Assembly (NCBI GenBank): GCA_054661495.1
Contig: BAAFSQ010000500.1
Span: forward strand, 1 to 5,154
DNA: 5,154 bases
Reading direction: 5' to 3'
Origin: Zygophlyctis sp. KS116
Lineage: Eukaryota; Fungi; Chytridiomycota
The notes beneath the pieces are model-generated. The model had not been told where the DNA came from, did no database searches, and was given only the letters and a program-made list of their open reading frames with translations. Shown here in pieces: positions 1 to 5,154 of the stretch. The position numbers were made by a program, and so were the translations under genes. Positions within the stretch are counted from its first letter, which is position 1. Each line of letters opens with the position of its first letter.

Positions 1-77
1 AGCCTTGCGGTCAAACGTGATAAGTCACAAAGCAATAAAAATCTAGTGCTGAAATCTGCGGTTGATAAGATCAGCCC

Positions 78-286
78 TGTCAGGACCAATTATCTCTTGC
101 TCCTTCGTATCATCTGAACAAGTTATTCGAATCATGTTTCAATACGGATGACGTTCACGTCGAGGATTAGATCATTTGTTGTCGACGTCATCAGGGAGAA
201 TAAAAAGAATAAAGAGAATAGACTTTGGATTTAGTTTATTCATTTATTGAGAGAGAGAATTCATAAAATAGAAGAGAAGCATTACA
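78..286 (+). repeat. 5' LTR (209 bp)
   Basis: Begins TGTCAGGACC and ends GCATTACA. No differences from 4600..4808 on manual comparison. Similarity stops sharply at both ends. Confidence 0.98.
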
Positions 287-287
287 T

Positions 288-304
288 TGGCGTTATCAGC
301 ACCA
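288..304 (+). promoter_or_regulatory. Primer binding site TGGCGTTATCAGCACCA, probably complementary to the tRNA-Ile anticodon arm
   Basis: Starts 1 nt after the LTR-terminal CA with TGG. The reverse complement TGGTGCTGATAACGCCA forms a 5-bp stem and 7-nt loop with GAT at the anticodon position. The position is secure; the primer identity rests on recalled tRNA-Ile sequences. Confidence 0.85.
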
Positions 305-315
305 AGGACAGACAA

Positions 316-1074
316 ATGGAACGAATGTTAGATACAGCATTTTTAAGTGGATTAATGAAATTTGATGGATCAACTGTGGCAAGCACAGATTGGATTATGG
401 AGTTTCTGGATGCAAGAGATGTTGCTCAGTGGACAGAAGAGGAGGCATTGCGATCATTCAAATTCTTGATGAAGGCTGATGCAAAGAGATGGTTATACAC
501 AGTTAGCTTGGATCCTGAATCAAAAGATTATAAGGTTTCAGATTGGATAAAGAAGTTAAAAGAACAGTTTCCGGATGAATTTACCACGACTCAGCGCTAC
601 ACGGGTACGCTTGAAGGGTTGATGGGATTACGTTGCGGCGAGATCGAAAGGATGGAAGCTTATGTCTCACGTTTCAAGAGATATAGTCAGACCGTTGATC
701 CAGAATTGTGTAGTCCTACCGGTGTGCATCAAACATTTTTAGCTTCATTGAAAGACTCCCATCCACAGTTATGGTGGTCAGTTAAGTTGTTGAAATTGGA
801 AGATTGGAAGCAAGTCTATGGAAATGTTCTCCAGATTGCAAGCTGGGGAGTACCTCCTCCTGCATTACATGCCGTAACAAGTGCCGACACTCCTCGTCCG
901 ATCCCTTTGAAGCACGAAACACAGCGTATCGACATTGATTCACAAATTCAAGATCTCAGCGCTAAAGTAGAAAATCTTACTTTATTGATAAAGAATACTC
1001 CAGAGAAACGGGAAAAGACATGTTTCCGATGTAATCAAAAAGGTCATATCGCAAGTGATAAGGAGTTTCACCCT
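316..1074 (+). other. Gag region: capsid-like domain, coiled-coil segment and nucleocapsid zinc knuckle (approximate limits)
   Basis: Retrotransposon-gag-like pattern DWIMEF...W..EEAL....LMKADAKRW...W...LKEQF, MHR-like LRCGEIERMEAYVSRF (628..675), heptad segment IDIDSQIQDLSAKVENLTLLI (928..990), and CFRCNQKGH (1021..1047). Confidence 0.8.
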
Positions 1075-4000
1075 GATTATCAGAGACCCAATCGTAGTCC
1101 AGCAACAGGAGCGAATGCAATTCCTATCGGGACAAATCAATTTGTACAATCGACATCAGGTCCATCTAGTCAAAATGCAATGTCATTAATTGAAGAAAAT
1201 TCTGAACCAGTTGCAGCAGTGAAGAGAATCAGAGTGGACGACTATTTGAACGAGCCTGAAAGGGAAGTATTAGACAAAGGTGTACAAGCCAAGGGAGCCA
1301 AGAAAAATGACTTGCCGAAGAAGAAAGTGTTAAAGACCACTCCGTTGACTGCATCAATCTTAAATGCTTCTGTGTCTGTACCTCTGCGTGAATTACTAGC
1401 ACAACCGCGTGTTGCTAGTAATGTCATGGCTCAAATCAGGTCAAATAAGATTCCCCAACCAGCACGCTCTCTTAAGATCGAAAAGCGATCAAAACCTTCA
1501 TATTTAGTCGCCAAAATTGATGGGAATTTACTGCCAGTTTATTTGGACAATGGTTCCTCATATTGTGTCATCTCTCCTTCGTTCGTCAAGAAGTACGCAT
1601 TAGAAGATAAAATGGAACTCCTTGAAGAACCTTTATTTTTAAAGCCAGTTACAGGGGACTCAGTAGAATGTATTTACGGTATTCGACAGGCCATCGAAAT
1701 TGCTGATACTACATTCAAATTTAATCTAATTGTCATGAAAGGAAGTAATTGTCCTCTCATGTTGGGATTAGAGGAGCTAAAAACGTTCAAAGCTATTGTA
1801 AACTATGATACTTGCACACTAACTCTTCATTCTTTAAATAAAATAGCTACAGTACAGCTCTATACAAAGGAAGAAGTACATCAAGTTTTGGATTCAGACG
1901 ACACGGAAAGTGATGAAGATGAATATGAGTATGTACAGCGTCTCGTGCAGGATGAATATCTTAGGAAGATAGAAGACACGATCGATGAACCTGCAAGTGA
2001 TTTTGAAATTAAATTCATTCAGAAAAATCAGGATATATTTGCTAAAGAACTTTCTGAAATTCCAGGAATGTCTTGGACGCCTCATCAAATCGTCTTAGAA
2101 CCGAACGTGAAGCCGGAGTCAGCGAAACTCCGTAGATACTCCCCAAAGGAAAGAGAGTCTATCAGAATAGAGATTGATAAGATGTTAACCTTTGGAATTA
2201 TAGTCCCTTCAACTTCTTCGTGGTCTTCACCAATTGTTTTAGTGACAAAACCCGATGGTTCAATTCGATTCTGCGTGAACTACAAGAAATTAAACAATGT
2301 AACTCTCAAAGACAAGTTTCCTTTACCTCGAATTGATGATAGTTTAGACAGTCTCGCTGGGAAGAAAATCTATAGTACTTTGGACTGTTTTAGCGGTTAT
2401 TGGCAAGTACCACTCCACCAAGACACACAGCCTTTAACATCCTTTATCTCTCCATTTGGATCTTATCAATTCACAGTACTACCATTCGGCCTTACAAATG
2501 CCCCTGCAGTATTTTCGAGAATTATGCAGACCATCCTAGCACCATACCTTTATGAATTTGTCATTGTTTATATTGATGACATATGTATCTTCAGTGATAC
2601 TCAAGAAGATCATCTCAATCATCTCGCTCTTATCTTTGAACAGTTACGGAAATATCAAGTGAAACTTAAGCTTAAGAAATGCGATTTCTTTCGGACATCA
2701 TTTACCTACCTCGGGCATGTAGTTGATTCAACAGGGATTAAACCTGATCCTTTGAAAGTTCAAGTCATAAGAGACTTTACGAGCCCTTGTAATGTCAGAG
2801 AAACACGTTCGTTTATTGGGTTAGTATCATATTTTCGTAAATTTATTCCTGGAGTAACCGAATTATTGTCTCCCTTACAAGCTGTTGTAATATCGAATGT
2901 CTCATCCAAACGATTCCAATGGACAGAAGAGGCACAACACAACTTTCACCTTTGCCAAAAGTTATTAACTTCTGATTTATGTTTGAAATTTCCCGACTTC
3001 AATTTGCCATTCATTCTATCCACAGATGCCTCATCGTTCGCAGCAGGAGCCATTTTAGAACAAGAGATCGGCGTCGTTAGCTACTTTTCCAAGAAATTCA
3101 GTGGAAGCGAGTTAAACTACTCAACATATGAAAAAGAATTATTTGCAGTGATCCTCTCAGTTAAAAAGTTCGGTCATTATCTAAAATCTGGCCGTTTCAC
3201 CATTTATACAGATAATTCAGCTGTCTCAGCATTGTTAAGACAACCCTTAGCTGAAAACACTCGTGTCACACGTTGGATAACATACTTACTCTCTTTTGAT
3301 TTTATTATTATTCATCGAAACGGAAAAGTAAATCAAGCTGCTGATTTCTGCTCTCGACATCCCGTTGCCACTATTACCGAGGATTCACGATCTCCCTATC
3401 AAAAAGTCTACTCTTTTTTACAGAATCAACCTGGTAATTTTTCACAAAGCGTTATCTCTCTTGCTCGCAAGTTTTGTATCATTGACGATAAGTTATATCG
3501 CCAAAGCACACCTCTACCTTTGTTAGTATTAGATAGCCCCGCACATGTTCAAGCCGTTTTGTACCACTTCCATGATTTGATGTCACACCCAGGGGAGAAA
3601 GTGGTACGGCGTTGGATAATGCCTCGATTCTGGTACCCTCGTCTAGGAAAGATTATTCAAAGTTATTGTAAATCCTGTGATACATGTCAGAAGTATCAAC
3701 AAAGACTCCCAGACTATAAATTCTTAGGTATTTCTTCAATATCTGGTTTATTTTATGAATTTCAAATGGATTTCTTAGGACCACTACCAGAAGGTACTAA
3801 CAATGCGAAATATGTTCTAGTTGCAGTAGAAAAGTTAAGTCGCTATCCAATCGCTGTATCCGTGAAAAGTACAACAGCAAAAATTGCCATGGAGTTTCTC
3901 TCCTCAGAGATCATCGCTCGATTTGGAGTACCTCAGGTCTTAACTGTAGATCAAGGAAAATGTTTTGTGGCCGAAGACTTTCAAAACTTCGTAAAAAAAT

Positions 4001-4692
4001 GCGGAATTAAGTTAAATCTTCTACCTGCATATCAAGCCGAATGGAATGGATCAGTAGAACGTTTAAATTTGACAATTCGACAATGTTTAAATAAGACATG
4101 TACGACACCTTTCAAATGGAAAGAATGGCCACTATATTTAGATCAAATATTATTGTCTCTCCGAACTAGAAAATCAGCAGCTACCGGATATTCACCCTTT
4201 TATCTCTTATATGGATTCGAACCTAGATTGCCGCTCGACATAGAATTTGAACTAGCAGAACCAAATTATTCAACTGAATCTAGACAATATGAAATCGCTC
4301 ATTTACCTGCAATACATCAAGAGTTGAAACGTATCTCGAAATCTACCGACAAGAAGGTTATCTTCGAAACAGGACAATTCGTCTTATTGTTACGACCAAC
4401 TTTACGAAAGAAATCTATAGACAGCAAGTTAAAAGCTAGATATTTAGGTCCATACAAGATCATCGCTAAGTTGCCAAACGACATGTATCAAGTAATCTCG
4501 GAAAAAGGAAAATTACGAAATGTTCATGTTAGTCGATTATTGCCATATTTTATGCGAAAACTAGACAATCTAAATGTCATGTCTCTCGGGGAAGGGGAAT
4601 GTCAGGACCAATTATCTCTTGCTCCTTCGTATCATCTGAACAAGTTATTCGAATCATGTTTCAATACGGATGACGTTCACGTCGAGGATTAG
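316..4692 (+). CDS. gag-pol: Gag-Pol polyprotein, 1458 aa from the first ATG (the ORF track starts at TTG 247 inside the LTR)
   Basis: Stop-free frame from 235 to TAG at 4690..4692. First ATG at 316, alternative at 325. Contains capsid-like Gag, CX2CX4H knuckle, LDNGS protease, YIDD RT, TDAS RNase H and HHCC/DD35E/GPY integrase. Confidence 0.95.
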   Translation: MERMLDTAFLSGLMKFDGSTVASTDWIMEFLDARDVAQWTEEEALRSFKFLMKADAKRWLYTVSLDPESKDYKVSDWIKKLKEQFPDEFTTTQRYTGTLEGLMGLRCGEIERMEAYVSRFKRYSQTVDPELCSPTGVHQTFLASLKDSHPQLWWSVKLLKLEDWKQVYGNVLQIASWGVPPPALHAVTSADTPRPIPLKHETQRIDIDSQIQDLSAKVENLTLLIKNTPEKREKTCFRCNQKGHIASDKEFHPDYQRPNRSPATGANAIPIGTNQFVQSTSGPSSQNAMSLIEENSEPVAAVKRIRVDDYLNEPEREVLDKGVQAKGAKKNDLPKKKVLKTTPLTASILNASVSVPLRELLAQPRVASNVMAQIRSNKIPQPARSLKIEKRSKPSYLVAKIDGNLLPVYLDNGSSYCVISPSFVKKYALEDKMELLEEPLFLKPVTGDSVECIYGIRQAIEIADTTFKFNLIVMKGSNCPLMLGLEELKTFKAIVNYDTCTLTLHSLNKIATVQLYTKEEVHQVLDSDDTESDEDEYEYVQRLVQDEYLRKIEDTIDEPASDFEIKFIQKNQDIFAKELSEIPGMSWTPHQIVLEPNVKPESAKLRRYSPKERESIRIEIDKMLTFGIIVPSTSSWSSPIVLVTKPDGSIRFCVNYKKLNNVTLKDKFPLPRIDDSLDSLAGKKIYSTLDCFSGYWQVPLHQDTQPLTSFISPFGSYQFTVLPFGLTNAPAVFSRIMQTILAPYLYEFVIVYIDDICIFSDTQEDHLNHLALIFEQLRKYQVKLKLKKCDFFRTSFTYLGHVVDSTGIKPDPLKVQVIRDFTSPCNVRETRSFIGLVSYFRKFIPGVTELLSPLQAVVISNVSSKRFQWTEEAQHNFHLCQKLLTSDLCLKFPDFNLPFILSTDASSFAAGAILEQEIGVVSYFSKKFSGSELNYSTYEKELFAVILSVKKFGHYLKSGRFTIYTDNSAVSALLRQPLAENTRVTRWITYLLSFDFIIIHRNGKVNQAADFCSRHPVATITEDSRSPYQKVYSFLQNQPGNFSQSVISLARKFCIIDDKLYRQSTPLPLLVLDSPAHVQAVLYHFHDLMSHPGEKVVRRWIMPRFWYPRLGKIIQSYCKSCDTCQKYQQRLPDYKFLGISSISGLFYEFQMDFLGPLPEGTNNAKYVLVAVEKLSRYPIAVSVKSTTAKIAMEFLSSEIIARFGVPQVLTVDQGKCFVAEDFQNFVKKCGIKLNLLPAYQAEWNGSVERLNLTIRQCLNKTCTTPFKWKEWPLYLDQILLSLRTRKSAATGYSPFYLLYGFEPRLPLDIEFELAEPNYSTESRQYEIAHLPAIHQELKRISKSTDKKVIFETGQFVLLLRPTLRKKSIDSKLKARYLGPYKIIAKLPNDMYQVISEKGKLRNVHVSRLLPYFMRKLDNLNVMSLGEGECQDQLSLAPSYHLNKLFESCFNTDDVHVED
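1501..1830 (+). other. Retropepsin-type aspartic protease domain (approximate limits)
   Basis: VYLDNGSSYCVIS active-site motif (DNG at 1546..1554) and a downstream LMLGLEEL matching the ILG-x-D motif. Confidence 0.85.
2083..2740 (+). other. Reverse transcriptase domain (approximate limits)
   Basis: SSWSSPIVLVTKPDGSIRFCVNYKKLN, TLDCFSGYWQV (Asp 2383..2385), LPFGLTNAPAVF, YIDD (2569..2580) and YLGHVV. Confidence 0.97.
3007..3357 (+). other. RNase H domain
   Basis: TDAS (3022..3033), NYSTYEKELFAV, IYTDN and NQAADFCSR; all four acidic catalytic positions are present. Confidence 0.95.
3571..4548 (+). other. Integrase: HHCC, DD35E core and GPY/F C-terminal module, no chromodomain
   Basis: H-X4-H-X29-C-X2-C (3571..3687), D at 3769, D at 3949 and E at 4057 (35-residue spacing), GPY at 4447..4455, and VHVSRLLPY ending at 4548. 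Confidence 0.96.
4588..4599 (+). promoter_or_regulatory. Polypurine tract GGGGAAGGGGAA (plus-strand primer)
   Basis: Twelve consecutive purines, (GGGGAA)x2, abutting the TG of the 3' LTR. Confidence 0.95.
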
Positions 4693-4808
4693 ATCATTTG
4701 TTGTCGACGTCATCAGGGAGAATAAAAAGAATAAAGAGAATAGACTTTGGATTTAGTTTATTCATTTATTGAGAGAGAGAATTCATAAAATAGAAGAGAA
4801 GCATTACA
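4600..4808 (+). repeat. 3' LTR (209 bp)
   Basis: Direct repeat of 78..286 (offset 4522), immediately preceded by the polypurine tract. Confidence 0.98.
4721..4735 (+). terminator. Candidate polyadenylation signals (AATAAA x2) in the 3' LTR; copies at 199..204 and 208..213 in the 5' LTR
   Basis: AATAAA at 4721..4726 and 4730..4735, about 30 nt after the gag-pol stop codon, followed by a T-rich stretch. Confidence 0.55.
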
Positions 4809-5154
4809 GTGAGGCTTGATTTGGTGGCTGGGTCATGTCCGGACAGAGTTGTGAATTTGTCAAACGTTTAAATATGATTGGATGTGTGATCTCGTTGTTT
4901 CGTTGTTTACTTTCCGGGACTTTCTGCATTTGCAATTGATGCATTCTATCTAATGCAGCCGCTAAAGGACTGGATTTCACGTATGTGGACGAGAATCTCG
5001 TGGATGTTCGATTGGAAAACAAAGGTGAATTCAATTATAATAGTTTTAGATTATAAAACTGTCGTCCAGACCTAAATAAAGCAATCAAACGCACTCTTTG
5101 AAATAAAGAAACGAAACATTTGTGATTAAGCCCACAATGCAACTATTGCCATTA

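Larger units (their letters stand above)
78..4808 (+). mobile_element. Full-length Ty3/Gypsy (Metaviridae-like) LTR retrotransposon, non-chromovirus, single gag-pol ORF
   Basis: Two 209-bp direct repeats with TGT...ACA ends, a PBS just after the 5' LTR, a PPT just before the 3' LTR, and polyprotein domain order Gag-PR-RT-RH-IN with Gypsy-type RT and integrase motifs. Confidence 0.98.

Noticed and set aside
262-268. CATAAAA as the LTR TATA box
   Set aside because: It is too close to the LTR end and would place the start site beyond the LTR, leaving no R region. No convincing TATA box was found.
287-298. Tf1-type self-priming
   Set aside because: No complement of the PBS (GATAACGCCAA) is present in the LTR beyond CCAA(T) at 86..90.
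247-315. ORF-track start at 247 (MRERIHK...)
   Set aside because: The codon is TTG, inside the LTR and upstream of the PBS. In a eukaryotic element ATG 316 (or 325) is the more plausible start.
1638-1644. Slippery heptamer T TTA AAG in frame
   Set aside because: It lies inside the protease domain rather than at the gag/pol boundary, Pol is already in frame, and no clear stimulatory structure was seen.
1891-1929. Acidic run DSDDTESDEDEYE
   Set aside because: Low-complexity PR-RT linker, common in Gypsy polyproteins.
2272-2283. RT motif CVNY instead of the usual CVDY
   Set aside because: This is a non-catalytic position and all three catalytic Asp residues are intact. It cannot be judged without sibling copies.
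1242-2942. Three short minus-strand ORFs (1242..1427, 1894..2088, 2760..2942)
   Set aside because: They are 60-64 aa antisense shadows of gag-pol with no recognisable motifs.
3591-3601. AGGGGAGAAAG as an internal or central PPT
   Set aside because: Only a partial match to the PPT and explained by the conserved HPGEK coding sequence; similar purine runs occur elsewhere.
4549-4692. Chromodomain or env after integrase
   Set aside because: Only about 47 aa follow the GPY module, with no chromodomain YLVKW-type signature and no room for another ORF.
4804-5034. 76-aa minus-strand ORF ending at a TAA supplied by the LTR end
   Set aside because: It starts at TTG directly after an in-frame stop, the first ATG is about 30 codons in, and no domain is recognisable. 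It cannot be supported as an interrupted gene.
4989-5060. Short palindromes ACGAGA-A-TCTCGT (4989..5001) and AGTTTTA-N5-TAAAACT (5042..5060)
   Set aside because: Stems of 6-7 bp are expected by chance and there is no supporting context.

Overview
The window holds one complete, apparently intact and very compact Ty3/Gypsy LTR retrotransposon (78..4808, 4731 bp) from a eukaryote; the host cannot be determined from sequence alone. It has two 209-bp LTRs (78..286 and 4600..4808, TGT...ACA) that are identical by eye, a PBS at 287/288..304 and a PPT at 4588..4599. A single uninterrupted gag-pol ORF (first ATG 316, stop 4690..4692) encodes capsid, zinc knuckle, protease, RT, RNase H and integrase with a GPY motif, but no chromodomain or env. 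The most striking feature is the PBS. It begins with TGG like a normal PBS, but its reverse complement (TGGTG-CT-GAT-AA-CGCCA) is the whole anticodon arm (positions 27-43) of eukaryotic tRNA-Ile, with C opposite wobble base 34 as expected for inosine. This points to priming by a 5' tRNA-Ile fragment in a Gypsy element. Other oddities are the lack of a target-site duplication despite identical LTRs, an ORF that runs through the PPT and 93 nt into the 3' LTR, a CCHH-type zinc knuckle, and paired sense/antisense AATAAA signals and an inverted repeat inside the LTR.
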